Shown here piece by piece: positions 7,757 through 15,970 of a stretch of 24,546 nucleotides of DNA (positions are counted from its first letter, which is position 1; the number at the start of each line of letters is the position of its first letter). The notes below the pieces were generated by a model. It had not been told where the DNA came from. It saw nothing but the letters and a program-made list of their open reading frames with translations, and ran no database searches. Location: NCBI GenBank assembly GCA_038735675.1, contig JAVYNJ010000007.1, forward strand, positions 1-24,546, read 5' to 3'. Both the position numbers and the translations under genes were made by a program. The DNA comes from Nanopusillaceae archaeon. Its GTDB lineage: Archaea > Nanobdellota > Nanobdellia > Nanobdellales > Nanobdellaceae.

Positions 7757-9241
7757 ATGATGTTTCTAGACAGATTAAAAGAACTAATCAAAGATATTAG
7801 AGTAATAGTATATCTGGTTTCAGTTGTTGTTGCAATGATATATTTAATATATTCGGCCTCTCAAATGAAAATAGTTGTTGAAGATAGTCCCATAATACCA
7901 AAAGGTACTATAATTTATTCTATAAATGATTGTAAAATAAATAATATACAAGATTTTTATTCTTGTATTCCAGAAAAAGGAAATATAATAGTTAGTACAG
8001 ATAAAGGAAATTATTTGATAGAAGAAAAAGAATTATATGAATTTAAAGAAAAGACTATAGTAACAACCACCGGAAACATAAAATTTGGAATTGATATTGG
8101 TGGGGGATATATGATAGTATTAAAATCTTTAGAAGATATATCTAAAGATCAATTATATTTAGCACAGAAAGTATTGGAAAAGAGATTAAATACTTTAGGA
8201 TTAAAATCTTTGAATATTTACACGGCTGGAGATAAATATATTGTCATTCAAGTTCCAACAACAGAAAAAAGATTAATAGATGTAATAAAACAGCAAGGAT
8301 ATTTTGAAGCAAAAATAATGAATCTTACCGTATTTACTGGTTTAGATATCATTAATGTTCTTACAAATCCCGGATATGCTGGATTAGAAGGTTGTGAAAA
8401 AGACGTAACTGGATGGCACTGCTCTTACTATTTTACGCTCATATTAAGTAAAGATGCTGCTAGAAGATTTGCAAATATAACAAAAGATATTCCTCTATCT
8501 TTAGAATTTGGAGGAAGATATCTAAAAGAAAAAATATATTTCTATTTAGACGGTGAATTAGTTTCAGATTTGCTTATAGATGCTAATTTAAGAGGAGTAG
8601 AAGCAACTCAAGTTTTAATAAAAGTTTCTGGAAGCGGAAACACTCAAAAAGAGGCATCTGGAGATGCTTTAAATAGAGCAAGCAACTTACAGATAGTTTT
8701 AGGAAGCGGTTCTTTACCATCAAAATTTGAAATAGAACAAATATCATATATCTCTCCTCAAATTGCTGGATCCTATATTAGAAAAATTTTATTTGCAGCA
8801 TTTTTAGCTTTAATAATTCTAGCAACTATAGTATTTATAATATTTAGAAATGTAAAAGCATCACTTTTGATTTATTTACCTATGATTTCTGAAGTTATGT
8901 TAGCTGTTGCCATAGCAATAGCTGTAGGACAAACTTTAGACGTTGCAGCAATTTTAGGTGTATTCTTAGGAATTGCAACGGGTATGGATGATAACCTAAT
9001 AATTGTAAATGATGTACTCAGAGGAAAAAGAGAATATAAAGTAGAAAAATCCATTAAAAAAGTTTTATTTATTGTATTTACAGCTATATTTACAGAAATT
9101 ATAGCGTTTGTTCCAATGTTACATCCTAGCATGGCTTTTGGTTTATTTAGAGGATTTGCATTTATGACAATAGTTACAGCTTTAGTAGGATATTTCATAA
9201 CAAGACCAGCTTATGTAAAATTAACAAACTTCTTCTTATAA
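7757..9241 (+). CDS. secD: Protein-export membrane protein SecD (archaeal type)
   Basis: There is an N-terminal TM helix and an extracytoplasmic domain with FGIDIGGGYMIVLK...VLEKRLNTLGL...YIVIQVP. A C-terminal multi-TM block carries LGIATGMDDNLIIVNDVLRG. No secF is adjacent. Confidence 0.7.
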   Translation: MMFLDRLKELIKDIRVIVYLVSVVVAMIYLIYSASQMKIVVEDSPIIPKGTIIYSINDCKINNIQDFYSCIPEKGNIIVSTDKGNYLIEEKELYEFKEKTIVTTTGNIKFGIDIGGGYMIVLKSLEDISKDQLYLAQKVLEKRLNTLGLKSLNIYTAGDKYIVIQVPTTEKRLIDVIKQQGYFEAKIMNLTVFTGLDIINVLTNPGYAGLEGCEKDVTGWHCSYYFTLILSKDAARRFANITKDIPLSLEFGGRYLKEKIYFYLDGELVSDLLIDANLRGVEATQVLIKVSGSGNTQKEASGDALNRASNLQIVLGSGSLPSKFEIEQISYISPQIAGSYIRKILFAAFLALIILATIVFIIFRNVKASLLIYLPMISEVMLAVAIAIAVGQTLDVAAILGVFLGIATGMDDNLIIVNDVLRGKREYKVEKSIKKVLFIVFTAIFTEIIAFVPMLHPSMAFGLFRGFAFMTIVTALVGYFITRPAYVKLTNFFL

Positions 9242-10066
9242 TTTTTTATAGTAATTCATCATAAGAATAGCATCTCCTTCTATATTAGGACTTTCTGATA
9301 TTACTATTCCCTTAACGTTGAATTCTTTTAATAATAACAAAATTTCCTTCCAAGGTATATCAGATTCCTCTAAATTTAGATGAGTCCCAGCTTTATCCAT
9401 CTTAATTCCAGACATATGTATATGAAGATTTTCTAGTGCTTCTTTTCCTAAATCTTTTTCAATTTTTTCTAAAATTTCTCTGAAAAAATTGATTTGATTA
9501 TTTTTATATCTATATCTTAAATGAGCAAAATCTACTGCCGGTAAAACATTATCTAATTCTTGAGATAATCTCAAAATCTCTTCTAAATTTCCAAACTTTT
9601 TTTCTCCTTCCATAGTTTCTGGTCTTACCCAAATCTCAATTCCAAGATCTTTTAAAACTTTTACTACTGCTTCTATTCCTTCTTTAACTCTAAGATATGC
9701 TTCCTCTTTAGTAGATTTCATATACCATCCTGGATGAAAAACTATAGAATATCCACCTGCTAACCATGTTTTTTTAGCAGTATCAACTATCATTTGAACA
9801 GATTTCTCTCTTTTTGATTTTTCTATAGCGTTCAAATTAATAAAATATGGTGCATGTGCTGTAAGAACAATCTCTTTTTCTTTTGTATATTCTTTTATCT
9901 TTTTAGCTTCATCATCTTTTAACTTTATTCCATAAACAAATTCCATTTCAAATCCTTCTAGATTTAAAATCTCATAAGAAAATTTAATGCCTCCTAAAGT
10001 ATCTTTCCTTGTAGACGATAGAGGTATTCCTGCAGGACCAAAAACTAATTTACTAACTTTTTTCAT
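9236..10066 (-). CDS. Xylose-isomerase-like TIM-barrel protein, endonuclease IV (AP endonuclease family 2)-like
   Basis: Ordered motifs resemble Endo IV metal-ligand blocks: TAHAPYFINLNA, IVFHPGW, VRPETMEG..FGNLEE, AVDFAHL, HIHMSG, ISESP. Confidence 0.6.
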   Translation of the reverse strand: MKKVSKLVFGPAGIPLSSTRKDTLGGIKFSYEILNLEGFEMEFVYGIKLKDDEAKKIKEYTKEKEIVLTAHAPYFINLNAIEKSKREKSVQMIVDTAKKTWLAGGYSIVFHPGWYMKSTKEEAYLRVKEGIEAVVKVLKDLGIEIWVRPETMEGEKKFGNLEEILRLSQELDNVLPAVDFAHLRYRYKNNQINFFREILEKIEKDLGKEALENLHIHMSGIKMDKAGTHLNLEESDIPWKEILLLLKEFNVKGIVISESPNIEGDAILMMNYYKKL

Positions 10067-10069
10067 TTT

Positions 10070-10750
10070 TTACATTTTAAAAGATTCCTTTAAAAACTTG
10101 AAATTTTCCGGATTTTTTAAAAATTCCAAATATATATTTTCATCAAACAATTTTTTTCCATTTAGCTTTACAACAAAAAAATCTTCTAAATAATTTTTAT
10201 TAAAAACAATTCCATCCAAAGTTACGTATATAATTGCTCCTTTCTTTTCTTTATAAATACTATAATCTGATTCAAAATCCCAATAAACCAAATTGCTTAG
10301 AATTAAAGGATCGTTACCTATATTTATAGTTACATGTCCATAACCTGGTAATATCACAACTTGATCTCCTTTTTTAGCTTCAACAATTATTAGACTTCTA
10401 AAATCTCTACTTTGAAGAATAAAAAGTGCCTTTCCATTTAAAACTTCATATATTTCGGGATAATTATTAGGATGGTAATGCCCATAAGTTTTATTATATT
10501 CTCTACCTATAATTTTATTTTTAATTAAAGTTATATCATGTCTAATTCTATGTTTTTCAAAAACTTCTTTATCTTTCTTAAGAAATACTCCTCTGTACAT
10601 ATAATAAAGGTCTTCATTTTCTCCTTCATAATTCAATAAAACATCTTTCATATCTTCTTTTCTTCTAATTTTGGGTTTTACAATGTCTCCTTCTACTAAA
10701 AGATTATAATTATCGTCTATTTTTATATCTAAATAATCTAAATTTATCAT
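10070..10750 (-). CDS. pgiA: Cupin-type glucose-6-phosphate isomerase (archaeal cPGI)
   Basis: The match to Pyrococcus-type cupin PGI is colinear: TYGHYH...PEIYEVLNGKALFILQ...GDQVVILPGYGHVTINIGNDPLILSNL...DYSIYKEKKG. Confidence 0.75.
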   Translation of the reverse strand: MINLDYLDIKIDDNYNLLVEGDIVKPKIRRKEDMKDVLLNYEGENEDLYYMYRGVFLKKDKEVFEKHRIRHDITLIKNKIIGREYNKTYGHYHPNNYPEIYEVLNGKALFILQSRDFRSLIIVEAKKGDQVVILPGYGHVTINIGNDPLILSNLVYWDFESDYSIYKEKKGAIIYVTLDGIVFNKNYLEDFFVVKLNGKKLFDENIYLEFLKNPENFKFLKESFKM

Positions 10751-10773
10751 TAAGAATTAATATTTTTTGTTAC

Positions 10774-11505
10774 TTATAATTTTCTCATTAATACCAAAAA
10801 TTCTGTATGAACTAATTGCTTATTTTTTGGTCTCAATACATCTTTTTTTTCGTATTTCCAAGCTCTAAGAATATTTTCATAGATTCCTACTAAATTAAAC
10901 TTTTCATTTTTATCTAAAAGCTTTAATATACTAGTTACATTTGGCAAAAAAGATGCAAAATATCCTCCAAATTTTAAGGATTCATAAATATTATCTAAAA
11001 TTAAGAATGGATCTGGTATATCGGAAACTACTAAATCTGCTTCTTTTTCTTCTATACCTTCTTTAGCATCTTTCAATTTAAGCTCAACGTAATTAATCAG
11101 TTTTAATTTTATTAAATTCTCTTTTGCAATATTATAAAAATCTCTTCTACATTCATAAGTATAAACTCTTCCATTTGGCTTAACAATATTCGCTAATAAT
11201 GCTGTAAGCAATCCAGAACCCGTACCCAATTCAATAATTTTCCATCCACTGGATAATCCCGTCAAAGAAACTAAAAGACCAAAATCTTTAAGATGAGTTG
11301 ATTGCGTCTTTCTCTTTGTAAATCCTAACAAATCTATCAAATTATCTTCTATAACAATAAATTCTTCATTTAAATGTGATTTTATAATATCATAAGGTTT
11401 TGCTTTTTCCAAATCTTCCTTTTTTATTATACCTAGATGTGTATTTATATCTTTAATTTCAGTAATATATATCTTTTTTCCAGTTTTTCTATGAATCAAT
11501 ATCAT
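10774..11505 (-). CDS. trmI: tRNA (adenine-N1)-methyltransferase TrmI/Trm61 family
   Basis: KIIELGTGSGLLTALLANIVKPNGRVYTYECRRDFYNIAKENL plus DLVVSDIPDP match the GCD14/TrmI catalytic domain. Confidence 0.8.
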   Translation of the reverse strand: MILIHRKTGKKIYITEIKDINTHLGIIKKEDLEKAKPYDIIKSHLNEEFIVIEDNLIDLLGFTKRKTQSTHLKDFGLLVSLTGLSSGWKIIELGTGSGLLTALLANIVKPNGRVYTYECRRDFYNIAKENLIKLKLINYVELKLKDAKEGIEEKEADLVVSDIPDPFLILDNIYESLKFGGYFASFLPNVTSILKLLDKNEKFNLVGIYENILRAWKYEKKDVLRPKNKQLVHTEFLVLMRKL

Positions 11506-12098
11506 ATCTTTATGTTATAAAGCAAAATTTCTATAGCCATAGCTAATAAAATTAAACCAAAAATTCTATTTAAAACCATAAAATACTTTTTGTTTATTTT
11601 TTCTAATATTCCAACAGAAAAGAATACTACTAAAAAAGATAAAATAAAAGCTAACGTAAAAACTAAAAATAATAAAAGGAATTCATTTAACATACTTCTA
11701 AATATTATAGTAGTTGTAATAACTCCCGGACCTGTTAACAGGGGAGTTGCCATAGGTGTAACAACTATTTCTTCTAATTTTTCCTTATTATCTGAGAATT
11801 TTGTAAATGATGGGGAATCTCTAGATATTATCTCAAAAGCAATTAAAGATAAAAATATAGAACCTGCTATTGCAAAAGATTTTTCAGTTATGCCAAAAAA
11901 ATATAGGAAATTTTTACCTAAAAAGAAAATTGGAATCCAAATCAAATATGCTATAATATATGCCTTCTTTATAGCTTCTTTCTTTATATTAATAGATTTT
12001 GTATAGTTTTCTAACAAAGAATTAAATAAAAATATATTTCCAAATGTTCCTAATATTAGAAATAAACTAAAAAAGGCTCTTAAGTATATCAAATCCAT
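11502..12098 (-). CDS. MarC family (UPF0056) integral membrane protein
   Basis: 198 aa, multi-TM. The conserved MATPLLTGPGVITTTI motif is present. There is a 4-nt overlap with the trmI start. Confidence 0.75.
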   Translation of the reverse strand: MDLIYLRAFFSLFLILGTFGNIFLFNSLLENYTKSINIKKEAIKKAYIIAYLIWIPIFFLGKNFLYFFGITEKSFAIAGSIFLSLIAFEIISRDSPSFTKFSDNKEKLEEIVVTPMATPLLTGPGVITTTIIFRSMLNEFLLLFLVFTLAFILSFLVVFFSVGILEKINKKYFMVLNRIFGLILLAMAIEILLYNIKI

Positions 12099-12107
12099 CT
12101 TTTATCA

Positions 12108-12995
12108 TTATTTGTTTATATTCTTAATTATTTCCATTATCCTTTTTAATTCACTATAGCCAATAAGAAGTTCATGTTCCTTTTTTGTATTGAAAACGTT
12201 AAACAAATAAAGATTTAGAGCGTCAGTAACAAAAGAAACATTAAAATCATTTAGGGAATAACAACAACCACTAAATATCCTATTTCTATATTCAATTATT
12301 CTTTCCAAATTGTCTAAAAGATCAACTAAATTTAAATATAACTGATTAATTAAATCTCTTCTATCTAGCCTTGCTGCTTCAGAATAATCAAAAACAAAAT
12401 TCAATACATCTTTTTCATCTATTTTATTAAGTATATTTCCAGATTCTAAAGCTAGAAATATTATGTCTGTAAAATCTTTTTTATTATATCTAAGTATCTT
12501 ACTGAATATTGTAAATTTTTCAGCATCTTTAGGTATTATAATTGTTTCTTCCAATATTTTTCTTCCTTTAATTTTATAATAAATCGATCTTTCTGGAAAT
12601 ATAGCTATATAAATCTCATCTTTTTTGAATACTTTTTCTTCTGAACATGAAGATAAAACTTCTATTTTTCTATTTTCACATTCAACTTCTATTATAAATG
12701 GATTTTCTATTTCATTGTAACCTAATTCTTTCAATACATTATAAATGTACTCTATATTTTCTCTTCTACAAACATAATCTTGAATTGCTGACATTCCAGA
12801 TATTTTCAAGTAGTTTATATTATAATTTTTTCTAAGTGCATTAATTCCAATAGGATAACATAAATCTTTAGTTTTTGATTCAAAAATAGATAATTCCTCA
12901 ATTATTAAATCTAAATTTTTACCATAAATTTTTTTATCATGCAAATCAATGCCTTTCTTTTTTATATGTTTTATAGAACTATCTAAACATAACAT
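12108..12995 (-). CDS. Hypothetical protein (lineage-specific)
   Basis: 295-aa ORF with no confident family assignment. Its N-terminus shares a motif with the ORF at 20858..21316 (see findings). Confidence 0.55.
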   Translation of the reverse strand: MLCLDSSIKHIKKKGIDLHDKKIYGKNLDLIIEELSIFESKTKDLCYPIGINALRKNYNINYLKISGMSAIQDYVCRRENIEYIYNVLKELGYNEIENPFIIEVECENRKIEVLSSCSEEKVFKKDEIYIAIFPERSIYYKIKGRKILEETIIIPKDAEKFTIFSKILRYNKKDFTDIIFLALESGNILNKIDEKDVLNFVFDYSEAARLDRRDLINQLYLNLVDLLDNLERIIEYRNRIFSGCCYSLNDFNVSFVTDALNLYLFNVFNTKKEHELLIGYSELKRIMEIIKNINK

Positions 12996-13046
12996 TAGAG
13001 AAAAAATTTAATAAAAATTAATAAGCATTTAGAAAATTTTTTCTTA

Positions 13047-13487
13047 ATGGTTTGTATAGCAATATGCGCTTTAGGAACTGCTTCGGCATCTTTAATTACT
13101 AAATATTTAGGTATTAGCGATTTAATATTTGGATTATGGTTAGGGGCTTTAAATCTTATATTTACAATTGCAACAATAGAATATCTAAATAAAAAAAATA
13201 TAAAGTTCTTATTTAGAAAACCTTTAATATTTCTGTTATATTCTTTATCTTTTTTACTTCCTTTTTATTATTTTAATGCTGTAGATACTATAAATAAGAT
13301 TTTTGGAATAGATAAAATAATTTGGGGATTTATTTTAGGAAATATTACATTAAAATTAGGATATTTCACGAATGATATATTAATTGAAAAAAATAATGGA
13401 AAAGTTTATTTTAAATTTCAAAAATCAATTATTCCTCTGCTATTTCTTGTAATCCTAAGTTTAATATTTTGGATTCTAAAAATTTAG
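13047..13487 (+). CDS. Hypothetical small membrane protein
   Basis: 146 aa with four hydrophobic helices. It converges on and overlaps the 3' end of 13429..14322 by 59 nt. Confidence 0.5.
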   Translation: MVCIAICALGTASASLITKYLGISDLIFGLWLGALNLIFTIATIEYLNKKNIKFLFRKPLIFLLYSLSFLLPFYYFNAVDTINKIFGIDKIIWGFILGNITLKLGYFTNDILIEKNNGKVYFKFQKSIIPLLFLVILSLIFWILKI

Positions 13488-14322
13488 AATAATAATCAAG
13501 ATGTTTATTTAATTTGTATTCTGTACAATCTAATAAATTTTTTATTATATTGTTTTTTTCTAAATTTTCAAATTCTTTATAAATTATTTCCTTGTATTTA
13601 TCTATTGATTTTTTCTCCGATAGATCTTTTATCAATTCTGAAATTTTTACATTTTTTTGTAATAAAAGAGCTGGAATCCTATATAAAAAATAATATTTTA
13701 ATTCGTGATATAAATCCAAAATATCTAAACTAGTATAGGATATATTTATACATTTATCATATTTTTTTAATAATTCTTCCATTTCTGTATCTAATTTTTC
13801 TTTAATATCTTTTTTCATATTATTTTCTAATTTTTCTAAGTAATTAGGATCTTTAAGCTTGTTTATAACATACTTATTTATTTTTTCTATAGATTCTTCA
13901 ATGTCTTTATTTTTATTTATAGGAAAATCTAAGCTTATTGTATTATATATATTTTCAAATAGAGTTGCCAAACTCTCGTGAATAATAAGATTTTCTTTAA
14001 CTTCCTTCTTTTTTAAATCGGTATCTAAAATTACATGAACATATTCATGGATAACACTTTTCATAAGTTCATGTATTAATCTTGGATTACTCTTATGATT
14101 ATTCAAAATAATATCTAAATAATTCGAATTTATATAAATTTTTCCGTCTTTATAAAATGTTGGAAAATATAAATTTCCAATAATTTTCTTTTGAAGATCT
14201 AAAGACTCTAATTCAATTGAAACTTTATTATCTTTATTAAATACCTCTTTACCAAACTCATTTAAAATATTTTCAAGTTTTTTAATAACCTTTGTTTTTA
14301 ATTCAGTATTTGTTACAACCAT
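13429..14322 (-). CDS. Putative zinc metallopeptidase (HExxH, gluzincin-like spacing)
   Basis: 297 aa. HEYVH is followed 20 residues later by IIHESLATLFE (HExxH-x19-E, with an ExxA context as in MA-clan peptidases). The rest is unrecognisable. Confidence 0.5.
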   Translation of the reverse strand: MVVTNTELKTKVIKKLENILNEFGKEVFNKDNKVSIELESLDLQKKIIGNLYFPTFYKDGKIYINSNYLDIILNNHKSNPRLIHELMKSVIHEYVHVILDTDLKKKEVKENLIIHESLATLFENIYNTISLDFPINKNKDIEESIEKINKYVINKLKDPNYLEKLENNMKKDIKEKLDTEMEELLKKYDKCINISYTSLDILDLYHELKYYFLYRIPALLLQKNVKISELIKDLSEKKSIDKYKEIIYKEFENLEKNNIIKNLLDCTEYKLNKHLDYYSKFLESKILNLGLQEIAEE

Positions 14323-14476
14323 GTAGTAATAATAGAAGATCTAAAGACTCTAATTCAATTGAAACTTTATTATCTTTATTAAATACCTCTTTACCAAACT
14401 CATTTAAAATATTTTCAAGTTTTTTAATAACTTTTGTTTTTAATTCAGTATTTGTTACAACCATGTAGTAATAATA
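14193..14476. repeat. Head-to-tail tandem duplication, 2 x 142 bp (14193..14334 and 14335..14476), 1 mismatch
   Basis: Base-by-base comparison shows the copies are identical except 14290 c versus 14432 t. Each unit holds the first 43.3 codons of the 13429..14322 gene, its ATG and 12 nt of upstream sequence. Confidence 0.95.
14303..14464 (-). pseudogene. Duplicated 5' fragment of the HExxH gene: 43 native codons then an out-of-frame tail (53 aa)
   Basis: ATG at 14464 gives MVVTNTELKTKVIKKLENILNEFGKEVFNKDNKVSIELESLDL, then LLLLHGCNKY and a TGA stop at 14305..14303. It overlaps the intact gene's ATG (14322) in another frame. Confidence 0.7.
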
Positions 14477-14484
14477 TATTTTAA

Positions 14485-14493
14485 TATTTAAAA
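14485..14493 (-). promoter_or_regulatory. Putative TATA box (TTTTAAATA) upstream of the distal (duplicate) ATG
   Basis: It lies at -29..-21 relative to the ATG at 14464. No comparable element lies at the equivalent distance from the intact gene's ATG at 14322, because that sequence is duplicated coding DNA. Confidence 0.3.
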
Positions 14494-14538
14494 GTCTTTC
14501 ATCTAAATTAATAAAACTATAAGTTGATATATAATTTT

Positions 14539-15105
14539 ATGGATAAAATAAAAAAAGAAATTGAAGAAATTTTAAAAAAGACAAAAGATATTAAACTTGA
14601 TCTTTCAAGAGAAGAAGATTTAATTATTGGAATAATGAATTTAATATCTTTAGAAGAACATTTATTTTTTTCTGGAGTAAAAACTGGAAACGATTTATAT
14701 TATGATTTGCTAATAAAAGTTAGAAATATAAGAAAAGATCTCATGAAAAAAGTTATTAAGACTTTAGAAGAAGGATCGGAAATTTGGTGCATCTCAAAAC
14801 ATTTACTAGCCGCAACAATGAGATTATATGAAACTGGGGAAAAATTTTTAGATTCTAAAAGAGAAACGGAAGCAAAAGAATTATTTAATTATGCATATGA
14901 ACTATTTTCAATATTCTGGGGATTAAATTTGAATATATTGAATAAAGAAGAGGTTATAAAATCAATTAATGAAAAAGAGGAAATCAGAAAAGCTTATAAA
15001 GAATCTGAAGAAATAGAAAAAGATATTAAAGAAGTAGTTGAGAAAAAAAGATTTAGCAAATTAAAAAGTATTATAAAGAAAATTGTTGATTGTTGTATTG
15101 AATAG
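14539..15105 (+). CDS. Hypothetical protein
   Basis: The track ORF begins at a TTG (14524). The first ATG is at 14539 (MDKIKKEIEE...) and has TTAATAAAA ending 22 nt upstream, the same spacing as at metG. No recognisable domain. Confidence 0.55.
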   Translation: MDKIKKEIEEILKKTKDIKLDLSREEDLIIGIMNLISLEEHLFFSGVKTGNDLYYDLLIKVRNIRKDLMKKVIKTLEEGSEIWCISKHLLAATMRLYETGEKFLDSKRETEAKELFNYAYELFSIFWGLNLNILNKEEVIKSINEKEEIRKAYKESEEIEKDIKEVVEKKRFSKLKSIIKKIVDCCIE

Positions 15106-15318
15106 TTAGATTATTTCTACTCTTTTTGCTTTCCTTATAATTCCTCTAAGTCTTAATTCATCTTCTAAATATTTTATTATTTTCTCTTTTCCAAGTTTAG
15201 AAAATTCAGATAACGAATTAGGTATGATACCTGCTTTTACATCTTCATAATATCTTTTCAAAGTTTCTGTAGAAGAAGTTGCAAATTTTTCTCTTAATCT
15301 TAATACTAAATCTTCCAT
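15106..15318 (-). CDS. Hypothetical small protein (70 aa)
   Basis: This ORF lies directly downstream of the rhomboid gene on the same strand (7-nt gap). No recognisable motif. Confidence 0.4.
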   Translation of the reverse strand: MEDLVLRLREKFATSSTETLKRYYEDVKAGIIPNSLSEFSKLGKEKIIKYLEDELRLRGIIRKAKRVEII

Positions 15319-15325
15319 TTACTTA

Positions 15326-15919
15326 TTAAAATTCAAAAGAATTTAAATATTCTTCTATGATAAATCTTCTTTTTCTTTTAAACTTTTTGCCTAATGCTAT
15401 TCCAACAAATAATCCACCCAAATGAGCAATATATCCAACGTTTCCTATTTGAAATATAAAACCAAATAGATTAAAAAGTATCCATATAATAAGTGCAGTA
15501 CTCATAGATATAGGTACCATAAAAGGAAAAATTATTACATAATCTTGCGGTCTAAGAATTGCAAAGGCTCCTAATATACCAAAAATACATCCCGAAGCTC
15601 CTATTCCAAAAATATCTTGATTAAAATAGAAAATAAAATAGATCAAATTTCCAAAAATACCTGAAAGAAAATACAGTATTAGAAATCTTTCTTTTCCAAT
15701 TATTCTTTCCAAAGGATCTCCAAAAATAAACAAGGTTAGCATATTTACAAAAAGATGGGAAAAACTTCCATGTATAAATAAGTTTGTAAATATGGTCCAT
15801 GGTCTTTCAAAAAATCTTAATGGAGAAAAACCAAAAAAATATATAAAATTCTCTCCAAAAACTAAAGTTAAAATAAACATGATAACATTTAAAATTAGCA
15901 ACACAAAATTTGCTTTCAT
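15326..15919 (-). CDS. Rhomboid family intramembrane serine protease
   Basis: Six TM helices with signatures FIHGSFSHLFVNM (HxxxN), the catalytic GASGCIFGILGA (GxSG) and AHLGGLFVGI (catalytic His). Confidence 0.85.
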   Translation of the reverse strand: MKANFVLLILNVIMFILTLVFGENFIYFFGFSPLRFFERPWTIFTNLFIHGSFSHLFVNMLTLFIFGDPLERIIGKERFLILYFLSGIFGNLIYFIFYFNQDIFGIGASGCIFGILGAFAILRPQDYVIIFPFMVPISMSTALIIWILFNLFGFIFQIGNVGYIAHLGGLFVGIALGKKFKRKRRFIIEEYLNSFEF

Positions 15920-15941
15920 TTTTAATACATTATAGAAATAC

Positions 15942-15948
15942 TTAAAAC
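15942..15948 (+). promoter_or_regulatory. Putative TATA box (TTAAAAC) for metG, spacing consistent with a leaderless mRNA
   Basis: The heptamer ends 22 nt upstream of the ATG at 15971. Confidence 0.3.
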
Positions 15949-15970
15949 ATTAATTTGTATCTTATTAAAC

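Noticed and set aside
7757-9241. Absence of secF next to secD as a possible anomaly.
   Set aside because: secF may simply be encoded elsewhere, and this cannot be evaluated from one window.
11721-11748. A GC-containing hairpin/palindrome AACTCCC..CCTGTTAACAGG..GGGAGTT inside marC.
   Set aside because: It coincides with the codons of the conserved TPLLTGPGV motif (Gly/Pro codons supply the GC). There is no reason to invoke an RNA element.
12108-12995. Possible degenerate class II aaRS/HisZ-like protein: ISGMSAIQDYVCRRENIEYIYNVLKELGYNEIENPFIIE resembles HisRS motif 1 (..iE..i..v....GY.EI.tP.fE).
   Set aside because: I could not find convincing motif 2 (fRyE...GR.ReF) or motif 3 (GGGRYD / G.G.eR) downstream. 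The single-motif resemblance lies in a K/I/E-rich protein and is not enough, so the gene is left as hypothetical. A profile search could revisit this.
12999-13044. An 11-bp perfect inverted repeat AGAAAAAATTT / AAATTTTTTCT (12999..13009 and 13034..13044) in the divergent intergenic region.
   Set aside because: The arms are A-run/T-run sequences that are themselves partly self-complementary. Such matches are expected by chance in AT-only spacers. No supporting context was seen.
14193-14476. The two tandem repeat pairs (also 23621..23922) considered as a CRISPR array or as DGR template/variable repeats.
   Set aside because: There are only two copies each, directly abutting with no spacers, and they lie within genes, so they are not CRISPR. 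For a DGR one expects many adenine-specific differences, non-adjacent TR/VR and a nearby reverse transcriptase. Here there is one mismatch per pair and no RT in the window.
14524-14538. The TTG starts proposed by the track at 14524 and at 23699.
   Set aside because: An ATG at 14539 has better promoter spacing. The 23699 TTG is only the upstream limit of an open frame created by the duplication, and any real reinitiation would more plausibly use the ATG at 23759.
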